64,000 nucleotides of DNA, taken from positions 19,666-83,665 of the IMG/VR virus record IMGVR_UViG_3300014204_000154, one strand, 5' to 3'. This stretch comes from a virus. Its lineage: Duplodnaviria > Caudoviricetes. Below are positions 1 to 8,707 of this stretch, piece by piece. The notes beneath the pieces were generated by a model that saw nothing but the letters and a program-made list of their open reading frames with translations, searched no databases and was not told the DNA's origin. The position numbers and the translations under genes were made by a program. How positions within the stretch are numbered: the first letter of the stretch is position 1; the number at the start of each line of letters is the position of its first letter.

Positions 1-411
1 GGAGAAGTGGATCAAACGTTGAAATCTCCCCTTCCAAAGTATATAACAAAGATTGTTAACAATAGCGACATCTGCATCAATATTTTGACGCGGTTGAGTT
101 AGTGATTGCGGAAGAGGCAAGACGGCAAGATTGAAAACAATCTCTGGAGAAATACGTTTGATAAACCCAGACAGTTCCATCAAATCACAGGCATCTATCT
201 TTGCAAATGGAACTGCATCTGATAAAAAATTCCCTCTGGTCCATGAATTCATTGCGACAATCTCTTTGGGAAGGTTTTCCAACTTCCCTAAAGACAAATC
301 ATCGACAACAGAAACCTTGGCACCAACTGCCAACAATCCATCAACAAGATGCGATCCAATAAATCCCGCACCCCCAACAACTAGCACTTTCTTCCCGGAT
401 AGGCTTTCCAT
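1..411 (-). CDS. NAD-dependent epimerase/dehydratase (extended SDR), N-terminal part, truncated by window edge
   Basis: Not in ORF track. ATG at 411 after GGGGGTG SD; reads MESLSGKKVLVVGGAGFIGSHLVDGLL...VVDDLSLGK...VFNLAV (GxGxxG Rossmann motif); open to position 1. Confidence 0.9.
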   Translation of the reverse strand, partial: MESLSGKKVLVVGGAGFIGSHLVDGLLAVGAKVSVVDDLSLGKLENLPKEIVAMNSWTRGNFLSDAVPFAKIDACDLMELSGFIKRISPEIVFNLAVLPLPQSLTQPRQNIDADVAIVNNLCYILWKGRFQRLIHFS

Positions 412-659
412 ATCACCCCCCTACATTTTAGTCTGAAGTTATTATACCGTGGATGAGGGTTTTCTTTGAATTTAATCGATTTTGGACGTGGATGGGATTG
501 AATGGGGGAATATTTTTTATACCTGAAAAAATCACACAATCTCATTAACTCATGAAATGAAATGCCACTATAAGAAAGAGAAAAGCTGCCCAATATTGAA
601 TCATTGGCGCAATCTTCATCTCCAACAACACTACATGTTGCGGGATAATATGGTGCCAT
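381..659 (-). CDS. hypothetical protein
   Basis: ORF fills the gap between co-oriented genes; its 3' end overlaps the epimerase start, so the C-terminus is uncertain. Confidence 0.4.
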   Translation of the reverse strand: MAPYYPATCSVVGDEDCANDSILGSFSLSYSGISFHELMRLCDFFRYKKYSPIQSHPRPKSIKFKENPHPRYNNFRLKCRGVIWKAYPGRKC

Positions 660-663
660 ATTA

Positions 664-948
664 TCAATCTCCCCAGACTTGATTCTGCGGATCTACGAAA
701 TGATGGAACATTCCCTGACCCACCATTTCGGCATCGGCGAAGATTGGCCCCATTCCCGGTTCATCCAGCTGCATCTGGACGCTGATCAATTCCGTATATT
801 CCACGATCCGACCGTCAACCAGTTCCGCAAAGGTCCGGTCCCGGCCTTCGTCCCTGAGCTTGCGCCATTGAAGCTTCGAAAAATACAGATCCCCCGTAAT
901 GTCCACCTTCGATCTTACCACACCCAACTGAACTCCTGCCATCGTCAA
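664..948 (-). CDS. hypothetical protein
   Basis: 94 aa; ATGA overlap with upstream aminotransferase stop. Confidence 0.7.
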   Translation of the reverse strand: MTMAGVQLGVVRSKVDITGDLYFSKLQWRKLRDEGRDRTFAELVDGRIVEYTELISVQMQLDEPGMGPIFADAEMVGQGMFHHFVDPQNQVWGD

Positions 949-2816
949 TTCCCTTTCCCCGTTATCCCCAGATTGTTGACCACAAGATTCTGAAACATTG
1001 GCAACGATATCGCGTTGTCAAACAAAAGATCTGAAATGGGAAATGTTGCCCCTTTTCGAATATATTTCTGAAACAGCGGCTGACGATGGCATGCATAAGT
1101 TCCAATCCCCGTCTCCATTCCCTGAGTACCAAACCACTTGATTGCTTCGTCCCTGTTCCAGTTCTTTAGAAGGCAAACGAAAGATTGATACGCATGCCGT
1201 TTATTGGCAAGCGCTACCGGAGGAATGATTTCAAACTCTCCTCCATCTGGCCGCAACCAAGTCGCTGCTTCGATAATCCTCCGCCAGTCGTTTGCGATCT
1301 TCTGACGTTCTTCAATAATTGAATCCAGCCGGCGCATCTGAGCCACACCGATGGCTGCGGTCAAATCGCTCATTTTGAAGTTGAATCCCATCTCCGTGAA
1401 GGAAGGGACAGCCCCCCGGCCATGAGCATCTTCTATGCCAAAGTTTGAGGCTTTTCTGACATAGTCTGCGATGGCTTTATCGTCAGTCGTAATAAAGCCG
1501 CCTTCTCCGGTGGTCAAAACCTTCCGGGCATGAAGAGAGAAGCAACCAACGTCGCCCAATTTCCCAGCCGGAAATCCGAAGTGTCTGGCCCCCAGAGCGC
1601 AAGCCGCATCTTCGACCACCTTCAAGCCAAATCTCTTCGCCAATGAGGTAATGACCTGAATGTCAACCATCTGGCCAAAGAGGTGGACCGGGATGATGGC
1701 CACAGTCTTGTCCGTAATCTCACGGGTGATCAAATCGATATCGATGTTGTATGTCCTTTCGTTCACATCGACAAAGACCGGCTTCAACCCCGCCATGATA
1801 ACCGCCAGCGCCGTTGCCGGGAAGGTATAGTCAGGCACGATGACCTCCGATCCCTTCTTGAACCCGAAAGCCATCAGGGAAAGGTACAGTGCCGCAGTAC
1901 AGTTGGAAACCGTCACAGCGTACTGACACCCCGTCTCGGCACAAATCATCGCTTCCAATTCGGCGCACTTGGGTCCGCGGGATACCCACCCCGAAACCAT
2001 GACCTTGCGAACCTCCTCAAGATCATCAACCTCGAAATATGGTCTAGCTAATGGAATCATATAATCATCCTCCTTTCGATTGCAAAAACCATTCTTGTCG
2101 CAATCCTCTTCAGAAACTCCAGCCCGAATAAGACTGCCCCGATCCCTACATGAACGAATTGAAATATCAATACCCATCGGATGGGCCAATAAAAGCTTTC
2201 TTCCATCGCTCAACGATGCTCTCATTGCAAGATATTCTTCCCCATGCTCCCCCAGACACGCACCAAGATCCTCCAAATGAAGAATCTTCGGCTTCATGAT
2301 TTCTCCTCTTTCGCATTGAACACATGGCAAAATGATCCGCCGCGCTGGATTCCCAATAACCCTCCATCCAGATGGGATATCCTCTGTCACAATTGTCCCA
2401 GCTCCAATCAGTGCCTTCTCTCCAATCACAACGCCTGGAAGAATTACAGATCCAGCGCCGATAGAAGCGCCTTGCTGAACCAATATCTTTCCCCAGCCAT
2501 CCTTTCCCTTCGAAGGAGGATATTTGTCATTGGTAAAAACGCAGCCCGGCCCGATAAAACAATCATCTTCGATTGTCACGCCTTCTGGAATAAAACAATG
2601 AGCAGCGATGCGAACGCAATTGCCGATAACAACTCCAGGACCAATCTCAACGAAAGATCCGATATTACAATTGGCGCCAATGATACAATTGCCATAAATA
2701 TTGCAAAGTTTTGGATGCCAGATTTTTGTTGTTCTATGAATCCATGGTCCGAGAGGATCATATGATGGATTGTAGCTAGTATTGATATGATTGAAAGGAA
2801 AAGGAGGGTTGTTCAT
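945..2816 (-). CDS. in-frame fusion: hexapeptide-repeat N-acetyltransferase (WbpD-like) + ~79-aa unknown segment + DegT/DnrJ/EryC1/StrS sugar aminotransferase (WbpE-like)
   Basis: Hexapeptide repeats (CIIGANCNIG, VFTND, GNPAR); aminotransferase motifs PVHLFGQ, VVEDAACALG, CFSLHARKVLTTGEGG, GFNFKMSD; internal SD+ATG at 2297 and 2060. Confidence 0.9.
   Translation of the reverse strand: MNNPPFPFNHINTSYNPSYDPLGPWIHRTTKIWHPKLCNIYGNCIIGANCNIGSFVEIGPGVVIGNCVRIAAHCFIPEGVTIEDDCFIGPGCVFTNDKYPPSKGKDGWGKILVQQGASIGAGSVILPGVVIGEKALIGAGTIVTEDIPSGWRVIGNPARRIILPCVQCERGEIMKPKILHLEDLGACLGEHGEEYLAMRASLSDGRKLLLAHPMGIDISIRSCRDRGSLIRAGVSEEDCDKNGFCNRKEDDYMIPLARPYFEVDDLEEVRKVMVSGWVSRGPKCAELEAMICAETGCQYAVTVSNCTAALYLSLMAFGFKKGSEVIVPDYTFPATALAVIMAGLKPVFVDVNERTYNIDIDLITREITDKTVAIIPVHLFGQMVDIQVITSLAKRFGLKVVEDAACALGARHFGFPAGKLGDVGCFSLHARKVLTTGEGGFITTDDKAIADYVRKASNFGIEDAHGRGAVPSFTEMGFNFKMSDLTAAIGVAQMRRLDSIIEERQKIANDWRRIIEAATWLRPDGGEFEIIPPVALANKRHAYQSFVCLLKNWNRDEAIKWFGTQGMETGIGTYACHRQPLFQKYIRKGATFPISDLLFDNAISLPMFQNLVVNNLGITGKGN
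2057..2206 (-). CDS. possible 49-aa hydrophobic peptide in an alternative frame inside the fusion ORF
   Basis: MEESFYWPIRWVLIFQFVHVGIGAVLFGLEFLKRIATRMVFAIERRMII; its TGA forms an ATGA overlap with the internal aminotransferase start; weak SD. Confidence 0.3.
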   Translation of the reverse strand: MEESFYWPIRWVLIFQFVHVGIGAVLFGLEFLKRIATRMVFAIERRMII

Positions 2817-2836
2817 ATTATCGAGTCTCCATTTTA

Positions 2837-2940
2837 TGGTTCATAGGAAAGGATTTGAACCTTTAATGCGCTGGTTTTGGCTACAGTTAAGATTGGTGGA
2901 TTTCACGGTCGTTCTCATTTATGGTAGTTTAAACCTATGG
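2837..2940 (-). pseudogene. tRNA-Trp(CCA)-like element with intact 3' half and aberrant, over-long 5' half
   Basis: Minus strand: CCA-AA-ACCAG, T-arm AAAGG/TTCAAAT/CCTTT, acceptor 3' strand CCTATGA, A, CCA end; CCATAGG at 2934-2940 can pair with acceptor; D-arm not recognisable. Confidence 0.45.
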
Positions 2941-2987
2941 GTTGCTTGCCATATTTGATCTATCACCAATCTCATATTATATAAAAT

Positions 2988-3064
2988 TGGTCGAGGCGGC
3001 AGGATTTGAACCTGCGACATCTTGCTCCCAAAGCAAGCGCGCTACCGGGCTGCGCCACGCCCCG
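2988..3064 (-). tRNA. trnP: tRNA-Pro (anticodon TGG) with encoded CCA
   Basis: 77-nt cloverleaf: acceptor CGGGGCG/CGCCTCG, anticodon arm CTTGC-TT-TGG-GA-GCAAG, T-arm GCAGG-TTCAAAT-CCTGC. Confidence 0.97.
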
Positions 3065-3076
3065 GTTTAAAACAAT

Positions 3077-3125
3077 GCCTTCCGGAGGTAAAGTGTTTCA
3101 ATCAATAATAACTCCTCCGGAAGGC
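3077..3125. repeat. perfect 12-bp inverted repeat just upstream of tRNA-Pro
   Basis: GCCTTCCGGAGG (3077-3088) / CCTCCGGAAGGC (3114-3125), 25-nt loop. Confidence 0.75.
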
Positions 3126-3263
3126 CAAAGAACATCGTCATAATCCCCAAAAGGTGCGTATGGCCGCCGCCTCTAGTTAATCATTGGTCGATCCTCCATA
3201 TTCAAGTTGCTTATAATGGCCCTTTTTGATCATTTCATTCCTGCTTTTATTCAACCGGATAAA

Positions 3264-3282
3264 GATATTATACCCTGCTTTT
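3264..3282 (-). promoter_or_regulatory. recurrent promoter-like motif AAAA(G)CAGGGTATAATATC, upstream of the tRNA region
   Basis: Near-identical copies at 31091-31108, 6001-6017 and 8684-8695. Confidence 0.55.
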
Positions 3283-3289
3283 CTGTTTC

Positions 3290-4279
3290 TTAATAGATAT
3301 TTTTCGCCCCAATAAAACCATTCTGTTGCGCTTGACGATTCATTATCAAATCAATCAGGTACATATACCTCTTGATGATCGTGCGTGTATTGAAATTGGT
3401 GTAGGCAAAATCCTGACTCTCCTGACTCAAGAGGAGTCTCTGCTGAAAATCCATATGACAGATTTCCCAGATCTTCTGTTTCAACGTTTCTTTCTTGATA
3501 TGGATCGTCGGTGATTCCGGATACATGGAGAGAATCCACGGATCAAGACAACTCATGACCAGATGACCCATCAGCATCGACTCAATTCCGGAGATGCCCC
3601 ATGCTCCGTGAAGACTGGTGAAAGTGACCCAACTGGCCCTTTTCCGATCAAGGCAAGCTTCGTTCTTGATCCCCTGGATAACGTCCAATTCAACCTTCTC
3701 CCCTTCCGCCCGAAGTTCATCAACCGCCTTTTTCAGAAGATCATACCTCTTCAGCGGCGATCCAGCTGACCCACAACAGATCCTGACCGGCTTTCTATCT
3801 TCCATAATGGAAGGGTCAATCCCCGGCAAGTCGCAAAACGGCATATCCCCATACCGTGTAAAGTATGATCCCAAATGGTAGAAAGCACCGGGAAGGAGAG
3901 AGGCAATGGACCAGTCTGTGCCGGCGATCGCTGCGATTCCAGAATTGGCATGAAATTTGGCAATCTCTCCCGGATTGTTTCGCAACTCTGATCCATAGTA
4001 TTTGATACAGCAATTGTCCTTCGTAATGATCTTGTTCCAATCGATTCCCGGCCATCCGATAATACCCCGGCCAAAGTGGAAGAAATCGCACTGCTTCACC
4101 CATGCAGTCGCTTCTTCCATCGCTTCCTTCGTATTGACAATAATGTCCCTATCATATGACAGGAAATCGTCTGTTCCAATGATGCATCTGGCCTGATGCG
4201 GAGTGTACTTGTTGATGGCCCTCATAAGCGCCGTTGGCTGTCCCGCAATATTGTAGTCGCTGATGATTGCTATCTTCAT
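3290..4279 (-). CDS. GT-B fold glycosyltransferase (GT4-like)
   Basis: MKIAIISD N-terminus; C-terminal WGISGIESMLMGHLV resembles the GT4 E-x7-E region; neighbours sugar-nucleotide genes. Confidence 0.7.
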   Translation of the reverse strand: MKIAIISDYNIAGQPTALMRAINKYTPHQARCIIGTDDFLSYDRDIIVNTKEAMEEATAWVKQCDFFHFGRGIIGWPGIDWNKIITKDNCCIKYYGSELRNNPGEIAKFHANSGIAAIAGTDWSIASLLPGAFYHLGSYFTRYGDMPFCDLPGIDPSIMEDRKPVRICCGSAGSPLKRYDLLKKAVDELRAEGEKVELDVIQGIKNEACLDRKRASWVTFTSLHGAWGISGIESMLMGHLVMSCLDPWILSMYPESPTIHIKKETLKQKIWEICHMDFQQRLLLSQESQDFAYTNFNTRTIIKRYMYLIDLIMNRQAQQNGFIGAKNIY

Positions 4280-4407
4280 AAAAATAACCTCCTCAATGCC
4301 GAATCAAATATGGCATCAAGATGTTCGAACGCGGAAATGGCACCCAATATAATCAAGCACCATTTAATGATTTTGCCCAATCCGCTGCGAAACGTCTTGT
4401 GAGTCAT
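4276..4407 (-). CDS. small membrane peptide (43 aa)
   Basis: Not in track; MTHKTFRSGLGKIIKWCLIILGAISAFEHLDAIFDSALRRLFL; ATGA overlaps at both ends. Confidence 0.6.
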   Translation of the reverse strand: MTHKTFRSGLGKIIKWCLIILGAISAFEHLDAIFDSALRRLFL

Positions 4408-4628
4408 GAGCGAACCTTCCCTTTCGAAAGACGCATTGGCCAATCATGGATCATTGGATCGCATTTTTGATCCACGCCCCTAAGATTCATAAATTCTTTC
4501 AATGCTTCTACCATTGGCGCCGCATTACTGGAAGAGGAACAAATCAATTTCTCTTTGCGGGTGGTTAAAAAACCCGCAAAGTCGAATAAAACCCCAGATA
4601 CAACATGGTCCAAAGATTCTTGACTCAT
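4404..4628 (-). CDS. hypothetical protein
   Basis: Start moved to MSQESL (AAGGAG SD); track ORF was 4404-4772. Confidence 0.7.
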   Translation of the reverse strand: MSQESLDHVVSGVLFDFAGFLTTRKEKLICSSSSNAAPMVEALKEFMNLRGVDQKCDPMIHDWPMRLSKGKVRS

Positions 4629-4645
4629 CTCTTTCTCCTTTTCAT

Positions 4646-4816
4646 TTATACCCCGAACCACCGGAGGATCTTGATAAGCATGTTGAGTAAATCCAGAACT
4701 GTCTGGACTATGCCAACAATGACCAGATATGAAATGGCCATCTTGACACCAAACTCTTTCCAGGCAACCCACTTTCCCCGAACCTGCTTAAACTTCACTC
4801 TCAACTCAATCTTCAT
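4646..4816 (-). CDS. small membrane protein
   Basis: Start at MKIELR by ATGA overlap; one hydrophobic segment. Confidence 0.6.
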   Translation of the reverse strand: MKIELRVKFKQVRGKWVAWKEFGVKMAISYLVIVGIVQTVLDLLNMLIKILRWFGV

Positions 4817-5526
4817 TTCATCACCCCATTCATCTTCAGGATAATCTCCGTGATCCAGGACGGCCACCATTTATGGAGAAGGATAGCGTTGGGAATAATA
4901 CAGTGTCCACCAATATTGCCAAGAGGAGCATGAAGAATATAACGCTGGTATTCTGGAACCCCCATGGCGCGATTCAGAGCATTGTAGTCTGAATCATACT
5001 CCATAATCCGATCATAATCCATCCCGATCATTTTTGCAGCCTTCCGGGATTGACGCGCAAACTCAATTGCCAGCCCATAAGCAGCGGTGGATCTGAGCTT
5101 CAAATATTCGGTTTGGCGGCTATCTTCCAACACTTTGACTTGAAACCCGACTTCCTGAAAGAACCAAACCGCCGTTTCATCCTGCGGAGCCATCCAGCGG
5201 GGCCAATGGAACATATAGCTGGCCATATTGTTGCTGTGCAGCGCCTCTATCGGGGAATGCACAGCGCCCAACTTTCGGCAAGTCCCCACCGGAACGGTAG
5301 AAAAGACGATGGTGACGATTGGCAAAAATCTCTCCTGCAATTTCTTAACGTCTTTTACAAAATTACTGGACCATGGAATGGCGATTAACAAAACCTCATC
5401 GCGGAAGGAAAAGCTGTCCACCACATATCCCTTCACCGGATCGTGGAATCGAAGAGAATGGATATGTTTCATTGAATCAAAAAGACAATGGCCAACTTCT
5501 CCAGCGCCAACAATAATGCCTTTCAT
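4813..5526 (-). CDS. UDP-glucose/GDP-mannose dehydrogenase family protein (short, WbpA-like; no C-terminal UDP-binding domain)
   Basis: IVGAGEVG Rossmann motif, STVPVGT, catalytic-type Lys in YLKL, GGHCI catalytic Cys motif; only 237 aa. Confidence 0.8.
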   Translation of the reverse strand: MKGIIVGAGEVGHCLFDSMKHIHSLRFHDPVKGYVVDSFSFRDEVLLIAIPWSSNFVKDVKKLQERFLPIVTIVFSTVPVGTCRKLGAVHSPIEALHSNNMASYMFHWPRWMAPQDETAVWFFQEVGFQVKVLEDSRQTEYLKLRSTAAYGLAIEFARQSRKAAKMIGMDYDRIMEYDSDYNALNRAMGVPEYQRYILHAPLGNIGGHCIIPNAILLHKWWPSWITEIILKMNGVMK

Positions 5527-5940
5527 CTATCGTCTTGCCTCCTGAGTCTGAGTCTTTGATAACACCTTTGTCATCTCCTTCTCTGCTTGTTGTTCCTGGC
5601 GAATCCGCAAACAGATATCAAGGAGACCCTTTCTAGCGACCAGCACCACAGCCCAGATAGCGACACAACGGGCGCAGAAAGATCCGAAGACTTCCTTGAC
5701 TCCAAAGAATGGAATGATGTGGCGCGGATCGGAAACTGCCGCCACTGGCGCTTCGCCCTTCTTTTTAAGCTTCGCCTTCTTCTTGGCTTCCTCCACCGCT
5801 TCCTTGATTGTATTGAAATTGATCATTGGCTGGAAATAGATCCGGAGAGGGACCGATTTGCTGTTCAAACAACGTGGGCATGAATCTCCATCAAACAATT
5901 CGTCGCAATCCAAGCAAATCTTGGCTGTTGATACTTTCAT
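5527..5940 (-). CDS. hypothetical protein with N-terminal Zn ribbon and hydrophobic segment
   Basis: CLDC...CPRC; GGAGG SD. Confidence 0.65.
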   Translation of the reverse strand: MKVSTAKICLDCDELFDGDSCPRCLNSKSVPLRIYFQPMINFNTIKEAVEEAKKKAKLKKKGEAPVAAVSDPRHIIPFFGVKEVFGSFCARCVAIWAVVLVARKGLLDICLRIRQEQQAEKEMTKVLSKTQTQEARR

Positions 5941-6032
5941 CGATCAAATCCTCCTTAACAGAATAACAGGGAAATCAAATCAAGTCCCGGTCTTGACTAA
6001 ATTATAACCCTGCTTTTGAAGATTCGCCGATT

Positions 6033-6239
6033 TTATTTGTCCCTCTTGATTGATGGCTTAGCCGCGGGGATAAGCTCCAGCGCCTGATCCACCAGACCCG
6101 CCAGCGCCGGAATGGTCCCCGTTGCCTCTCTGGCCATATCCTCGAAAGTGTTGTTGGGTTTCTTCCTCAGCGCGTTCCACTTCGCCACCGCCGCATCCGC
6201 CGCTTCCTTGATCTTCCGTTTCTCCTCTTCCATTTTCAT
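6033..6239 (-). CDS. hypothetical protein
   Basis: Start at MKMEEEK after GGAGG. Confidence 0.6.
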   Translation of the reverse strand: MKMEEEKRKIKEAADAAVAKWNALRKKPNNTFEDMAREATGTIPALAGLVDQALELIPAAKPSIKRDK

Positions 6240-6673
6240 TCCTCCATGATTTTCAAAATTTTGTTTTCCCATTCAAATGTGTATACAACCGCAATCCCGG
6301 CGTTGATTATCATTCTCGAACAGAGAAGGCATGGCTTGGCACAAATCAAATTTCCTGACACCATATCCTTCCCAACCAGATATAGCGTTGAACCAATGCA
6401 CCGTTCTCTTCCCGCTGCGATAATGGCGTTGGATTCGGCATGAACGCTGACGCAAAGCTCATAACGTTCTCCCGGCTTCGCACCAACCTCGTTCCGTTTA
6501 CAAGTATGAATATCACAACAATTTGTCTCTCCCCGCGGCGCTCCTGTATATCCAGTGCTGACAATTTGATCGTTTTTTACGATAACAGCGCCGTAATTCC
6601 GTCTAATACAAGTGCCACGCTCCAGAACAATCGTGGCAATCCGCATATAATATTCGATCTTGGATGGTCTCAT
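6236..6673 (-). CDS. dCMP deaminase (ComEB-like)
   Basis: HAESNAII and PCLLC zinc motifs; GYTGAPRG. Confidence 0.92.
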   Translation of the reverse strand: MRPSKIEYYMRIATIVLERGTCIRRNYGAVIVKNDQIVSTGYTGAPRGETNCCDIHTCKRNEVGAKPGERYELCVSVHAESNAIIAAGRERCIGSTLYLVGKDMVSGNLICAKPCLLCSRMIINAGIAVVYTFEWENKILKIMEE

Positions 6674-7305
6674 TTGTTTACCTTTTCAACGTTCTTTGCC
6701 TCGATGGCAAATTCCGCGTAAGTTGATTGATGCATCCTCCTGCCCCAATCCTCATCTTCTTCCATCGGGTGCGGCTCCATTGAACACAACATATCAATGC
6801 CACGGATCATAACGCAAAGAATCTTGTGAGTTTTCTCGTTCCCTAGCTCTGGCGGTTCATATTCTGGCTGTGAATCCCACGTTCCACTACTCCATCCGCC
6901 AGAATAATAATTGCCTGTCTTCACAATGAAAGAATCGACCACTTCAAGGATCGCACCTTTTAGGTGTGGTTTATCTGCGGTTATAATCCGCCTTTCCCGG
7001 CCACCAAACCCCTTCTGCTTGAGATATGCATAAGCCACCCCTCTCATGATTTCCTTATATTGTTTGGAAGCGGTTAGATCAATCTCCTGCATCATTAGCA
7101 ATTTGAATCTGACCGGATTTTCCTCTTTGGGATCAACTCCATTGTTAAAGACTTTTCGAATCAGGCGCAGAACGTCCTCTTTATAGATCTGTTCCACCTC
7201 CTTAAATGCCCCAAAAAGAGACAGCGGATAGCCGCACCTTACATATGTTAGCGGTTCTATGACCCGTACCCTGTCCCCAACCCTTATGATGTCTTTACGG
7301 CCCAT
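6670..7305 (-). CDS. hypothetical protein
   Basis: 211 aa, coupled to neighbours. Confidence 0.75.
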   Translation of the reverse strand: MGRKDIIRVGDRVRVIEPLTYVRCGYPLSLFGAFKEVEQIYKEDVLRLIRKVFNNGVDPKEENPVRFKLLMMQEIDLTASKQYKEIMRGVAYAYLKQKGFGGRERRIITADKPHLKGAILEVVDSFIVKTGNYYSGGWSSGTWDSQPEYEPPELGNEKTHKILCVMIRGIDMLCSMEPHPMEEDEDWGRRMHQSTYAEFAIEAKNVEKVNK

Positions 7306-7317
7306 TTTTCGATCCTT

Positions 7318-7539
7318 TCACTGAACCGTAATTGGCCCAGCTGAATTCTGTTTTTCTTCCAAATATACATCGATGCTAATCGATGGGCAAATAATTCCTT
7401 TTTTCCCACTCCGAACATTAAGCATATCAAGCAGCTTTTGCATTTCCTCTCGGCAATGCTGGAATTGTTTCTTTAATTCCGGATCGGAGATAATCAGAGA
7501 TTCCATCCAATAAGCTTCTTGTTCTTCTTTTGTTGACAA
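7318..7539 (-). CDS. hypothetical protein
   Basis: 73 aa, fits gene spacing. Confidence 0.65.
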   Translation of the reverse strand: MSTKEEQEAYWMESLIISDPELKKQFQHCREEMQKLLDMLNVRSGKKGIICPSISIDVYLEEKQNSAGPITVQ

Positions 7540-7544
7540 TGTAT

Positions 7545-7751
7545 TTACTCCTTAATATGCCATTTATCTCGATAAGCGATTTCCAACTTGACAAGATCAT
7601 AAAGGTCTTTGAATTTCTCCTCGAACCATTCCTGTTCCAAGATCCAATTCAGATACGACTTCGGAACGTCACAGATCAAAACATCTCTATGCGCTCCGAA
7701 GGGGAATGGTTTATCTTCATAGGTCCGTTTGTACTTTGGATCAATTTCCAC
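7545..7751 (-). CDS. DUF3820-like small protein
   Basis: FPFGAHRDVLICDVPKSYLNW resembles the MPFGKxKG...VPxxYLxW motif. Confidence 0.7.
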   Translation of the reverse strand: MEIDPKYKRTYEDKPFPFGAHRDVLICDVPKSYLNWILEQEWFEEKFKDLYDLVKLEIAYRDKWHIKE

Positions 7752-8109
7752 CTTTCTCCTCCTTCGCGGTCAGCGTCTGGGTTGCATAAACTGTTCCAAG
7801 ATCCTCTCCCTTAAAGGATCTAAGTTTTGCCCTCATATTAACTGGTTCCCCATTCTTATCGAATTCCCAAAATGGTTGAACATATCTTGTTCCCTCAACA
7901 ATTTCCAAATCAAATGTTCTCTTCACTTCACCAGATACGCCGTAAAGAGAAAGTTGAAATGTAACGGATTGGGGAGCCAATGGAATAACAACAGGCGGAA
8001 GAGAATAAGTCAATTTAACAAGGTTGGCCCTTTTCCGTATCCGCAAAAACAAAATAAATATCAAAAGATACAGAATAAGCCACAAAGACATCGTTTGAAA
8101 TTGATCCAT
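7741..8109 (-). CDS. membrane-anchored hypothetical protein
   Basis: N-terminal TM segment (LWLILYLLIFILFL). Confidence 0.65.
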   Translation of the reverse strand: MDQFQTMSLWLILYLLIFILFLRIRKRANLVKLTYSLPPVVIPLAPQSVTFQLSLYGVSGEVKRTFDLEIVEGTRYVQPFWEFDKNGEPVNMRAKLRSFKGEDLGTVYATQTLTAKEEKGGN

Positions 8110-8121
8110 TTCAATTCCCTC

Positions 8122-8379
8122 CTATGAAAAAAGTGCAGTTTGCATTCCGTGTAAGATTCCCTTTTCATCCAACCAAAGTGACTTTAATTCGGCATCATCT
8201 TTTATAACCCAAACTCCATCTATCCTAACGTCATAGTGAAGAGCCTTCCCTGCGATCCGAAAACGACAAACGCAACGGCCCAATCCACCCTTGATAAACT
8301 CTCCTGGATATATTTCAAGCCATCCTTGTCGGAGCAACCACCATTTGATCTGTTTTGATGTCATTGGGTCTTCGCCCAA
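8122..8379 (-). CDS. hypothetical protein
   Basis: 85 aa, co-oriented. Confidence 0.6.
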   Translation of the reverse strand: MGEDPMTSKQIKWWLLRQGWLEIYPGEFIKGGLGRCVCRFRIAGKALHYDVRIDGVWVIKDDAELKSLWLDEKGILHGMQTALFS

Positions 8380-8579
8380 TTCGTTGTGACATCTCTCTCG
8401 CTTTCCATATCAATCTTCAAATCGGATCGTAAAAGCTGTTCAACAGATCCATCCGGAAGACGGACCCAGACTTCATCGTCTCCACAATAACAAGATACCT
8501 TTACCAACCTCCCAATGAATGGATGTCCTGGCTTTATAATCTCAGCGATCCGATAAAGAATGTCTGTTTTTAATGGCAC
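8361..8579 (-). CDS. hypothetical protein (SH3-like beta pattern)
   Basis: 72 aa, GTG start. Confidence 0.55.
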   Translation of the reverse strand: MPLKTDILYRIAEIIKPGHPFIGRLVKVSCYCGDDEVWVRLPDGSVEQLLRSDLKIDMESERDVTTNWAKTQ

Positions 8580-8608
8580 AATAAACGCCCCATCAAATTA
8601 TTTGGATT

Positions 8609-8674
8609 GGGCAGGTCCGGGCTGGCTACCAGATGCGGAAGGCTTCCCTATATTCGCAAGATTAACTCCTGCCC
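8609..8674 (-). ncRNA. candidate 66-nt structured RNA/leader directly downstream of a promoter motif
   Basis: Closing stem GGGCAGG/CCTGCCC; inner hairpins GGAA-GCC-TTCC and TCTGG-TAGCCAGC-CCGGA; CAGGGATATAAT at 8684-8695. Confidence 0.3.
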
Positions 8675-8707
8675 ATTTCACTTATTATATCCCTGCCTGT
8701 TTATTTC

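Noticed and set aside
503-507. Possible frameshift in a C5 run of the 381-659 ORF that would end it neatly before the epimerase SD
   Set aside because: No homology evidence for either C-terminus; kept only as a caution that homopolymer errors may exist
8609-8674. Twister ribozyme
   Set aside because: A P4/L4-like hairpin and possible T1 pairing exist, but the UAA cleavage loop and P2 cannot be placed in any known permutation
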